DNA of 63,276 nucleotides, filler included, from Octopus bimaculoides (Eukaryota): NCBI RefSeq assembly GCF_001194135.2. It is 7 parts of 6 records of this genome, joined end to end, with 100 filler letters (N's around TTAATTAATTAA, not from the genome) between each part and the next. Parts side by side here need not be neighbours in the genome. Positions count along the whole stretch, not along the records: positions 40,848 to 55,171 come from NC_068984.1; positions 55,272 to 61,953 come from NC_068999.1; positions 62,054 to 63,276 come from NW_026411521.1; 4 more parts are not named here. The stretch is one strand, 5' to 3'. This document shows positions 52,201 through 63,276 of the stretch, in pieces. Below the pieces are notes generated by a model. The model was not told where the DNA came from, ran no database searches, and saw nothing but the letters and a program-made list of their open reading frames with translations. The number at the start of each line of letters is the position of its first letter. Position 1 is the stretch's first letter. A program made the position numbers and the translations under genes.

Positions 52201-53831
52201 AAATATGAAAATGCCCTAAATAATACCATTAGGAAGCACAATTATACTTTAGGTTTCAAAAATAAAATTTTCAAATCTTCCTCATTACTAACCCGGAACA
52301 ATGTCCTCAAGATAGAATAAGTTGTTTTAGTTATCAAGTACAAATGACCCTTTTTTAAATTGGATGACAGAGCATTAACTATACAGTGTCTTTCATCTTA
52401 TGAACATTTAGCTAGCAGTGCTATATCATTGTCAGAATGATTGTTGATTCATTTATACCAGAGATCTTACAAGTCAACATTATGATGTATTTAAGCAATG
52501 AAATATTTTTAAAAACTAACTAAAATGTCGCAAATAATCAGAAACATATTTTAATCAGATGAAAGCTATAAAGAATTAAAAAATTTGAGGAAGACTGCTA
52601 CAGCTCTCCTTTGTTACTTTTTAAATTACAGACATAAAAAAATAGTCTTCAAATTATAATTTTGAAAGAATCTCAATGATTTGAATAATTCATTTCCCTT
52701 AATATCTCAAACCCAAATAAGTATATACTTTTAGTAACCACCTTTTTGAAAATTATTTCTACATAACTAAATGAAAATGTATGCTGATAAAACCTTGCAA
52801 TTTCTGATAACATACAGTAAATAGAGCATATATCAAATAATAATAAATCTCATATTAAATTGGGAAGATGACAGCAGTTATTTATTCTGGTAATGATCCA
52901 ATGCTAATACTAATAAAACTTCAACAATGAAAATAACTACATTATTTTTGTTCCCTACTGCCTAGATGACTATATAAATTATGCAGGAGAGCGGACTGCC
53001 TTTCCAGCATACAGCATTTATTAATCTTAAAAAATGATTAATTATATTTATAAAAATCTTTCATTAGAAATCTAAATTAGAAGCATCTTTTGAGTAAGTA
53101 GTCAAAAGGAAGATGGCAAGAATAATTGAAAAGTTGGTCCTTGAGTTACAGAAGCATTTACAGTTTGAGAATAGGACAGGAATATGACCAAGTAGCAACA
53201 TAACAGTCATGTATAAAAACAATATGATAGGCAGGTTACTGCTGATCTGTTTTTAACAAAGGTAACCATACAAAGGGATTGAAATTGCAATAGTTTAAGC
53301 TAAAACAGGTAACACTTATATCACTCACAATACCTTTGCATATTTTGTTGCAACAAAACTGTTTTTACAAGACCTAACTGCAGCTCGAAGGGGAATTCAA
53401 ACATTATTGTCATGAATATTGAACAAGTGAACATAAAGACCTAGTCTTATGTGAGGCAACAGTAATAAAATAATATTCAGTAAACAAATTACTGGTGTAT
53501 GAATAAGTGTTGTGTGTTTCAAGGGATACCATGACATTTCATTGAATGACACGCTTCATTGTAAATAAATTTTCATTGAAACAAGCTTTTTATTGAGATG
53601 ATATTTCATCAAATAACTTTTTACAGAAACAGCTTTATGATTCTTTTATTGAAAGAACTTTATAAACTACTGTTTTGTAAAATATTTTTATCTATAAAAT
53701 AATTTCTAATACAAATAAAGTTCTATAGATCTTTAAAATAGATGAATTTTTTAATATAGGACAAAAATAAAATTTCCATTCAAAACTCTTCTTAAATTCT
53801 ATGTAATTTATTTAAAAAAAAACAAAAAACA

Positions 53832-54330
53832 GTCAACGCTGTCTGGCTTCCATTCCAGTGGCACGTAAATAGCACCATTTGAACATGATCGTTACCAGCA
53901 TCGCCTTACTGGCACTTGTGCCGGTGGCATGTGAAAAAACATTCGAGCGAGGTCGTTGCCAGTGCCGCTGGACTGGCTCTCGTGCAAGTGGCACATAAAA
54001 AAAAACACCATTTTGAGTGAGAGCCATTGCCAGTACCGCCTGACTGGCCCTCGTGCCGTTGGCATGTAAAAGCACCTACTACACTCTCGGAGTGGTTGGC
54101 GTTAGGAAGGGCATCCAGCTATAGAANNNNNNNNNNCCCTCGTGCCGTTGGCATGTAAAAGCACCTACTACACTCTCGGAGTGGTTGGCGTTAGGAAGGG
54201 CATCCAGCTATAGAAACTCTGCCAGATCAGATTGGAGCCTGGTACAGCCTTCTGGTTCGCCAGTCCTGAGTCAAATCGTCCAACCCATGCTAGCATGGAA
54301 GGCGGACGTTAAACAATGATGATGATGATG
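53832..54330 (+). mobile_element. Retroposon family C ending CATGCTAGCATGGAAxGCGGACGTTAAAC(GAT)n
   Basis: Copies at about 26815-26955 (+), 47545-47770 (+), 50225-50660 (-) and 54843-55171 (-). Internal ~25-bp tandem units (gtggcatgtaaaa...) and a (GAT)n tail suggest an RTE-dependent SINE. Confidence 0.75.
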
Positions 54331-55271
54331 AACTTTAAAATTAGTATAAGGAAGGTAAGAGTGTATATATGTACATATGTGAAAAAGTGTGTGAATGTTT
54401 CATTAATTAATTTAAGGTAGAATTATCACAGCTTGATTGTTCTCCATATCATATGACTAACTCTACCAATCAGTGATGAAACTACTTTTGATTGGTTGCA
54501 ACCAAATGTCCTATAAATAGAATTATTTTACATTATATATATTTAACTCTTTAGCATTTAAACTAGCCATATCCGGCCAAAATAATCTACCTATATTATC
54601 TTCAAACTGGCCAGATCTGGCCTCCCATATTTATCCTACAATATTATTCTAAAATAAATAGTCACATTTTTGAAATCTCAAAGCTACAAGGTTAAATATG
54701 ACTAATTCATATCAATGTGAATAAATAAGCATTACATTTGACAGAGAAATCTGAAGGCTAAAGGGTTAAAAGAAATATGTGCAATCTGTAGCACTTATTT
54801 TATATTTCAAATAGTTCCATAGATAAAATTATTCTACAAAATACATCATCATCATCGTTTAACGTCCGCTTTCCATGCTAGCATGGGTTGGACGATTTGA
54901 CTGAGGACTGGTGAAACCGGATGGCAACACCAGGCTCCAATCTAATTTGGCAGAGTTTCTACAGCTGGATGCCCTTCCTAACGCCAACCACTCAGAGAGT
55001 GTAGTGGGTGCTTTTACGTGTCACCCGCACGAAAACGGCCACGCTCGAAATGGTGTCTTTTATGTGTCACCCGCACAAGAGCCAGTCCAGGGGCACTGGC
55101 AACGATCTCGCTCGAAAACCCTACAAGGCCAGTCAGGCGGTACTGGCAACGGTCACGCTCAAAATGGTACANNNNNNNNNNNNNNNNNNNNNNNNNNNNN
55201 NNNNNNNNNNNNNNNTTAATTAATTAANNNNNNNNNNNNNNNNNNNNNNNNNNNNNNNNNNNNNNNNNNNN

Positions 55272-55820
55272 AGTAGGTCGGTAAGAGTGCCCACTTTGCT
55301 GTTCTCAAAGGCACAGTGGAGTGCCTTTTTGCTTCCTCCTCGCTCACGAAGCGCACCTCCACTGTGCTGTACTTCTTTCCTCTTGCATAAAATGTGGTCA
55401 CTTCCCTGACCCCTTGTAAACACTCTTCTATTGCTTCTATTTCAGCCACTTCGACTCTCTTGGTTTCCATGTTCAGCGTTCTATACACAGTTTTCTTCCT
55501 TTCGGCCCCTTGTACTGCGTCAATTGGCGGTGTCAATCGAAGGCAATCTCCCTCCTTCCTCAACAGTTCGTTGACTTTTTTTAAAATTCTTTCCATCTGT
55601 TTGTATTTCTTTCAGTTGCAGCTCGTCGGCTGACAGGCGTTTGCCTCCCACCGCAGCATAGCTGCCCGCTTCCATCCCCAACAATGGGTAGGAAACAAAT
55701 GAAATACACTTCAACAATATATAATTTCAACAAATTTCAACAACAGTCTCAAATATCAAACTCACCGCTCGCAACACAACGCTCTCTCTCAACCAAATCA
55801 CCAACACAACTTCAAAACTC
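55272..55820 (-). mobile_element. 5' UTR and ORF1 (gag-like) of an L1/Tx1-like LINE
   Basis: ATG at 55675 gives MEAGSYAAV..., then a frameshift into ERILKKVNELL...TVEVRFVSEEEAKRH (RRM-like). The element is truncated by a gap. The clade assignment is inference. Confidence 0.55.
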
Positions 55821-55881
55821 GGCGTGCTAACGTTTCTGCCAGCTCGCCGCCCTAATAAAACTGAATAAGGACAAACGTACA

Positions 55882-55933
<52 letters not shown>

Positions 55934-56009
55934 TGTGAGTGTGAATGTACACACACACACATACACACACGCATATATAGGTATTTGTGTAATATGCCGA
56001 TCACTACTA

Positions 56010-56457
56010 CTAGTCAGAAGAGTAGTAACTGTCTTCATTGAGCATTGCATGATCATGTGCACGCAGGTGACTTTTCAGCTCAGCTTCAGTTCTGCCGGAA
56101 CGTTCACAGATGTGCCTTTTATTTCTCCGGATGCCGATGAAATCTTTCCAAATGCTTGATATGATGGCTGTAAGTTGTCTACGTTTGCATCTGTATAGCC
56201 GGGCTGTAAGAAAACAGGCTTCATACACAGCGAGCTCCGAGTCTATCGTGATACTCCCCCCCCCCCACACACACACACGTATATATATAAATATTGATAC
56301 AAGGAGGCAATGTATGTATTTTACCTTATTTTACCTTCCTTTTTCACAGTCAGAGTAATATGTCGTTTCTCTGATCCCAATGTTGACTTGTGTGATGAGT
56401 CGGTTACATGATGCTCAAACTCCAGGTTGAAAAGCCAGTGGATTAGCGTAAATAATC
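56010..56457 (-). CDS. Candidate last two coding exons of an unidentified minus-strand gene
   Basis: Exon 56457-56335 (phase 1-1, open), donor gtaaaa, strong acceptor cctgttttcttacag, then exon 56203-56010 to TAG. The joined peptide ends ...ARLYRCKRRQLTAIISSIWKDFIGIRRNKRHICERSGRTEAELKSHLRAHDHAMLNEDSYYSSD*. The upstream acceptor is weak. Confidence 0.35.
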
Positions 56458-56553
56458 CTGTGTGTACTTTATGTGTGTGTATATATGTATATGTACACTC
56501 GCACACGCACACACACAAATACATATATCCATACATACATATATACACATATG

Positions 56554-56862
56554 CAGTGGCGGACTGGGTCTAAAAATATTAGTTGCCAGGAGACTAAGGG
56601 GTGAACCCGCAAATACAAGGGCACCCACTCACAACTACTATGCTATCATTTGATTTTTTTCTTTGTTAAAAGTATTCTTTTCAACTGTCTACAAACACAG
56701 CCAAGCTGAAATAATGCATTCTTCCAGGAGTGAATAAAAAAATTCTCAGACTTGAGGGGATGGGCCCTTTAGATACTAACATAGATCCCCATATATGGAT
56801 TCTAATGGCGCAAGGGCCCACTTGCCATCGGGTAAGCTGGCAACCTGGCCAGTCCGCCACTG
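56554..56862. mobile_element. MITE with 14-bp perfect TIRs
   Basis: CAGTGGCGGACTGG / CCAGTCCGCCACTG bound 309 bp of non-coding sequence inserted in a TA/CA microsatellite. TSD is ambiguous. Confidence 0.85.
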
Positions 56863-57528
56863 TATATAGGTGTGTGTACCACACACACACACATACATAC
56901 TGAGACATAAGATATGTATAAATGGATGTACTACAGATTCCGCATATTTACCAGCTCACATATTCGATTCATAAGGCATTAGCGAATCTGTAGTAATAGC
57001 AGAAGAAACTCGTCCAATCTACCGAAAGTGAGATCGAACCAGGATCCATATAGTTTCGGATCGAACTTTTTCAAATCACATCTTTGGATATAGAACGGTG
57101 GATATAGAACGATAGAAAGATTGCTAGAGCGAATAATCTTGTAATACACTTCGATAAGAAAATTGTGTATTGTGTTTGGAATGCCTGTTGTATGAGAACA
57201 TTAATAAAATATTAATGTATTATACAACTACTTTAACTTCAACTAAAGCCAATTATTGATATTTCGAGAATGTTATGCAAGAGTTTTCACCAAAATTCTG
57301 AGATAAAGTTTCACCCATTTATCAATACAATGTATATTAAGTAGCTTCGTTCAGTTTTCATTCGATTTTACATGTCACCTTTAAATACATTTACAGATCA
57401 TATTGATTTGCTTGTCTGAACATTCTGATTACATACACACAGACACGCGCACATATGTGCATGGATGTACGTAAATTAGTTTACGTGAGATAGGGCGGAA
57501 TCACACACCGGTTAAGGGAAACGAGTGT

Positions 57529-58656
57529 AGAACAAAAGCCCCCCAGGATATAAGCCCCCCAGAACAAAAGCCCCCCAGGACAAAAGCCTCACGGTTTTTT
57601 TTTCGGTATATTTTGTTTTTTCCCCTTTTTCTTGTTTCAGTCATTAGACTGTGGCCATGCTGGAGCACTACCTTCGAACATTTTTAGTCGAATGTATCAG
57701 CGCCAGAATTTTTTAATATTTTNNNNNNNNNNTGTTGCTGTTATGAGACTGCGGCCATACTGGGGCACCGCCTTGAAGAATTTTAGTCGCAGAAAATTCA
57801 GCATTTTAAAATTTTAATTTAAAGTCTTTTGTTTTCTTCTCTTGGCACTTACAGATTAATGAGAATGAGCTGACCTTTTGAACTTTCTCCGGTTGTTGAA
57901 GATCTAACAGAATAATGGCGCCGAAGGCTAGTCATTCAAACATACTTGTCATCGTTTTTATGTTTCTATACATTTCTTGAAGTAAATGCTTTCCCTTTTG
58001 TTAGAATCCAGACATGTACATTGAGAAGTAGGGAGTTTTGAGTGCTGTTATTCTATTCCACCTATTTTCGATTGAATATATTTTGTTTACTTTAAAACTG
58101 GAATTTTGGAAAATAAAAGTTTTTTTTTTAGAACCCCAATTTCCGTTTTTGTTTACGTGAAATTATATAAATTTTTTTTTAAAGATTTGACTGTTATTTC
58201 TAGCATGTGAAGAGACCTTCTAGGCATAACGTTATGTGCTGGTTGAAAATCACCTAAAAAAGATTCTGGGGTCGATACATTCGACTAAAAATTCCTCAAG
58301 GCGGTGCCCCAGCATGGCCGCAGTCCAGTGACTGAAAGAAGTAAAAAGAGTTTTAGAAAATAAAAAAAGAATTCGAAGAATAACCAAAAAATATAACCGA
58401 GGGGTTTATAAAAAATTTTCAAGAGATTTGGCTGTTATTTCTAGCATATGGAGAGACCTCTAGGCTTAACTTCATGCGTTGGTGGAAAATCATTTAAAAA
58501 AAAATTGTCTAAAAATTCCTCAAGGTGATGCCCCAGCATGGCCATAGACTAATGACTGAAAAAAATAAAAAGAAAAAACGAAAAAATAACCGAAAAATAT
58601 AACCGTTGGGCTTTTGTCCAAGGGATTTTTTTCCTAGGGGCTTTTGTCTGGATCCC
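57529..58656. mobile_element. Foldback-like element with tandem ACAAAAGCCC sub-repeats in inverted arms
   Basis: The left end has three acaaaagcc units and the right end has two gggcttttgtc units. SINE-tail-like blocks occur twice on the minus strand (left) and twice on the plus strand (right). Confidence 0.55.
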
Positions 58657-59794
58657 AAGTGAAACGCACGTCAGCAGCTGGAAAGGAAAACAGCAGAACC
58701 CTTTTCCTTCCGATCCCTGTTAGAGATCAACTAAAATTTTGATCAGCGCTTCTGTGACTGAGTTTTAACTATCTTCCCTTTCCTCTTACTAGCACTCTTT
58801 CAACGTCCCTCTGCTGCAATTCATTAGCTCTACCTCATTTTTCTATGTCTATACACGTAATTTCCAGCTAAATTTGTTTTGTTCCGTGCACTACTTTGAC
58901 GTAGATTACTACTTACCGCAGCACCAATCTTCTATGAGCAAGCGTTTGATACATCATCGTTTGATCCTATATAATGACCCAAAGTTCAGCTCGTTCATTC
59001 CACCAAAAGTTAGATATTCTTTGTGTTTCAAATAGCTACCAATTGAATCCATATAGCTACCAACTGAAATTTCATCTTTATACTCTGATTTATAGTTGTA
59101 TTTTCTCTATGTTCATACGCACACACATTGATTCCGCTACCCTCATGTGAATTGTACATATGTATGATACTCATAACTCGAATCAACAACGTCCAAGGGA
59201 GTTCATGTGTATATACAGGCATACCTCAACTTACGTCGATAATTGGTTCCAAGACATGTCATTTTACTCGAAAACTAACGTAACACAAAAAAGCATTAAA
59301 AACAATTTATTAGTTTATATCTGTTTAAATAAATGGCCTGTACATATTTTCACGCTTATTTGATTTGATTTTCAACTTCAGTATTGGTTTTTAAGGAGGT
59401 TGAATAGCGTGGCTCTGGCCCTGATAACATTACAATTCCCGGGTTCCAAATGAATCAGGTATAACAGCGAAAAGAAATGCGAGGACTAGAGTTGTTATTG
59501 ACTGCCACTCTTTATTCAAACTCCTAATGGAAGGCACAGCAAAAGTTGGCAAATGATGAATGATACTGTCAGAAAATATACATATTGGTTTATCATGCAG
59601 TTGGAACTTGGTGATGCGTGCTTGACGGAACACACAGCACATCAAAGCTCTCTGCTGAATAACTCTTCTCTCTTCATACCGAGATCTGAGTTCGACCGTG
59701 CCTTCCCACCACACAGAAGAACAGTAGGAAAGATTCCTCTTTTTAAAGTTGATCAGGGGCTCCGGTGAAGAAACTTGATTTGCTCGCGCTAGGC

Positions 59795-60103
59795 TGGTCT
59801 GTCACGTGCTAGGATGAGAGCCTGTGTAAAGCCAGAAAGACTCGATCTATGTAAATACCATCACGTGACCACTTTTAGAAAACAGCGTATGAGCCAATAT
59901 CAGAGTATATAAGGCAAAACGGCCGAATGATAAACATACTTCTGCTACAGCTTTTAGACGTTTTTATAATTTTATTTTTTAAATTGTGTTCGCTGAGACC
60001 GACGTAAAATCGGACAAATCGACTAAAGCTGAGGTTTATTTTTTCATTTAAAAAATAAAACCGACAGAAACTTGAAAAAGACGTAATTCGACACGACGTA
60101 AGT
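59795..60103 (+). promoter_or_regulatory. Promoter-like, CpG-rich site with possible non-coding first exon
   Basis: GTCACGTG (59801), GTAAATA (59851), TCACGTGAC (59861), CCAAT (59894), TATATAA (59906) and donor-like gtaagt at 60098. CpG density is visibly above the flanks. Confidence 0.4.
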
Positions 60104-60660
60104 TGAAAGATGCCGGTATATGCACATATAAGTCAGGACGTAACGCTGCATGTTTAATGAATGTATGGAAATACAAATTTTAACACTATCTTTTAAATTT
60201 CACTTTAGTCTCCATGCATAGGTGACATGTATATATCCTGTGTTGTTAATTTAATTGCGTCTATGGAGGGTTGTTAATTTAATTCTTCGTATTTCAGAGT
60301 CTCTCATTATTGTTGATGTCGTTTTTATTGCTAGTATTACTGTTGTGAATTTGGTTAATCATAACATCGCATTTGAAAGGATTTTTAAAGTTGACATTTA
60401 AATAGGAGGTAAAAACATAAATAACTGCACTAATGCACACACACACACGTTGCACTTTAACAGAAGGTCACTGTCAGTCAATTCAGCATTTACCATATAA
60501 CTATATAACTAATACATCTTCTTTCGAAGTTCATGAGTGATGCGGTAAATGCAATCAACCTATACAAATAAGTTTCGAATTTAAAATAAAATGCAATTGT
60601 ATTTGAAATCAAGCAGAGTATTTTCGAAAAATGAAGATCGTCCAGAAATATTCTTTTCTA

Positions 60661-60864
60661 CTCTATGTACAAGGCTCGAATTTTTGGGGGAGGGGCCAGT
60701 CGATTAGATCGACTCCAGTACACAACTGGTACTTAATTTATCGTCCCCGAAAGGATGAAAGACAAAGTCGACCGCGGCGAAATTTGAACTCAGAACGTAA
60801 AGACAGACGAAATATCGCTAAGCATTTCGCCCGGCGTGCTGACTTTTCTGCCAGCTCGCCGCCT
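60661..60864 (-). mobile_element. SINE family A copy
   Basis: Reverse complement of the family A head, body and tail with CpGs retained. Confidence 0.85.
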
Positions 60865-62053
60865 TGAATCGTCCAGAAATATTACAAATCATGCAAATTA
60901 TACTCTGCTAAAAAGACATTCACACTCTAAAACAGCGTTTCCCCGTCTAGAGTCTGCAGACACTTAGGACTCCACAGAGGTAGTATTGGAGTTTTGCTGT
61001 TTTCAGACATTTAAAAGGTTGCAGCGCAAAATGCATAACTGAGAGGTGAAACTGAGAAGACGTTTATGTTGTTAGTTGATATAATCGGCTAATTGAATAG
61101 ACAGGCCTTTCAAAAATCTGGAGTGTGTAGGAAAATTCATCTATATATATATATATAAAAAAGCCCTCGAAAGTAAAGAGGTTGGAAGCATCGGCTCTGG
61201 GAGCTTTAATAAATCAGTAGACTATCTACGTGTCAGATCGGAGATCTTCATCAAATACCGCCACTTTGATCAATAATTGCTGAAATAATGGAGGATTATA
61301 ACATCACCTAATTGAATGGATTAATACTTAACTATGTACCATGAGTAATCACAATCTACAATTCTCAATATCTTATATAAAGTTATACTTAATCCAGTGT
61401 AAAATATTCCGTCTCTATAGTCTCTAATCATTTATACCGCTAATCTCTGCCAGTAATACGCAATAGCAGACAAGAATACAATTATTGATATTTTCTTAAT
61501 TTCATCTTAACTTCTTTACTGTATAGCACTTTATTCGCCGCTTTTTAATTAATTCTCTTTACTAAGTCCAGCCTCATTATTATTATGAGCTATTCCAAGC
61601 GAAAACACTCACCTAAGAAAATCAATACCAGTATGTAATGAACTATGCTCTTTTGCCATATCTTTTAAACCATCATACAATATCAAAAACAATGAAAGCT
61701 ATCGAAAATTAAAATTCCCTGATATTTGTGAGTGGTTATGTTTTCAATTGCTTCATGATTGTCCAGAACTTCTTGTTATGAAACTTTGAGTCATGATGCA
61801 ATTTAAACAGAGAAGTACATCATTAAATAATTTACTGTACTACATATATTCAATATTTTACTTTAGCATGTGTAAACACCCGCTACCCTTTTACAAGATA
61901 TATTTATGTGTGTGTATGAATGTATGCAAACATTCGAGCCGTGTTCTCGGAGCNNNNNNNNNNNNNNNNNNNNNNNNNNNNNNNNNNNNNNNNNNNNTTA
62001 ATTAATTAANNNNNNNNNNNNNNNNNNNNNNNNNNNNNNNNNNNNNNNNNNNN

Positions 62054-62847
62054 CTTTAGTTTCCTTTTCATCATCATCATCATCACTTTCATCGTCGTTG
62101 TCGTCCTCGTCGTCATCGCGTCATCATCATCATCATCTCCATCGTTCCCTTCGTCATCTTCTTTATCATTGTCGTTAATAGCTATTAGCCTCTTATCCAT
62201 CATTATGAACATTAGCATCAACAGCATCATTATCGTCAACATCATTATCGTTGTCCTCGTTTTCATTGTCGGCATCATCATCATCATCATCACCACCAGC
62301 AGCAGCAGTAGCAGCAGAAGCAGAAGCAGCATCGTTGTCATCGCCGTCGTCACATCATCATAATCGTCACATCACCACCATTATCACCATCAACTTTACC
62401 GTCCTCCATTTTCCTGTTTCTCACCCCCCCTCGCCACCTTTCACACCCACGTCACATCACTAGCTTCACCCCGACCGGGGCTTCCAGATCATCACCACCA
62501 CCGACACCACTGGCATCACCACCATCGTTACACCCCCGCTTGATAATGACCACCACTCCCCATGATGGTGATAATAATGAACATCATCACGGCCACCATC
62601 ACAATCACCACCACCACCACCACCACCACTGCCACTGCTGTCCACCACCTTAATCGCCATCAACATCATCATCATCATTATCCTACTCCTCCTCATCATT
62701 ATCATCAAGATCATCATCATTATCCTCAACACCACCACTACCAACACTATCATCATCACCACATCCCCTCCCATATGTGTCACTTCAACAGACGCTGTAA
62801 TGGCCGACATCCTCTTTCTCCTCCTCCTCATCATCATCATTGATGTT

Positions 62848-62881
<34 letters not shown>

Positions 62882-62940
62882 GCATCATCATCATCAGCAT
62901 CATCATCATTATTGTTATTATTATTATTATTATATCCATG
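62054..62940. repeat. Degenerate (CAT/CAC/CAG)n low-complexity tract
   Basis: Directly visible. Confidence 0.9.
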
Positions 62941-63276
62941 ATTGCAACTGTTATTAAACTGTGTTATTTAATTATTTATCTATTTTTACGGAGTAAATCA
63001 TCTCTTGGCATGAAGCTGCGCAAAAGTTGATAGAAGAAGAAAAAATATATAGAGACACACTTCCAGACACAACACACACACACACACACACACGTAAACA
63101 CACATACACGCACAACACTCACACGCACGTAAACACACAAACACTCCCACAAACACACACACATACAAACATACATACATAGATAATCTTGATAGACTTG
63201 TACATATATACATACACACTCGTGCAAACACACGCACATACACACATACACACATATATACATCCATATATGTATA

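Noticed and set aside
59420-59805. Possible solo LTR (TGATA...TGTCA, reverse AATAAA)
   Set aside because: No matching TSD and no second copy in the window.

Overview
AT-rich, microsatellite-saturated eukaryotic scaffold with many N gaps. It is most likely an octopus, inferred from the SINE and LINE repertoire, repeat density and gap style. The best-supported gene is an intron-rich, plus-strand gene that the ORF track misses: a Thr-rich mucin-like exon (17240-17401), then one complete 8-Cys WSC domain split over two exons, a probable 21-nt micro-exon and the first half of a second WSC domain (to 25677). The rest of WSC2 is not visible. The intron that splits WSC1 holds two DNA transposons with intact ends and target-site duplications (TSDs): an internally deleted hAT (Charlie/SPIN-like) and a near-full-length Chapaev3-like element. 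Other elements include R4/Dong-like, RTE and Tx1/L1-like LINE remnants, Merlin, Tc1 and mariner remnants, Helitron-like ends, MITE/foldback elements and several tRNA-derived SINE families. One SINE carries a minimal hammerhead-ribozyme-like motif. The right third shows a CpG-depleted block, weak evidence for a minus-strand spliced transcript, and a CpG-rich promoter-like site near 59.8 kb. No prokaryotic systems, CRISPR arrays or rRNA genes were seen. Most ORF-track entries are microsatellite or gap artefacts.
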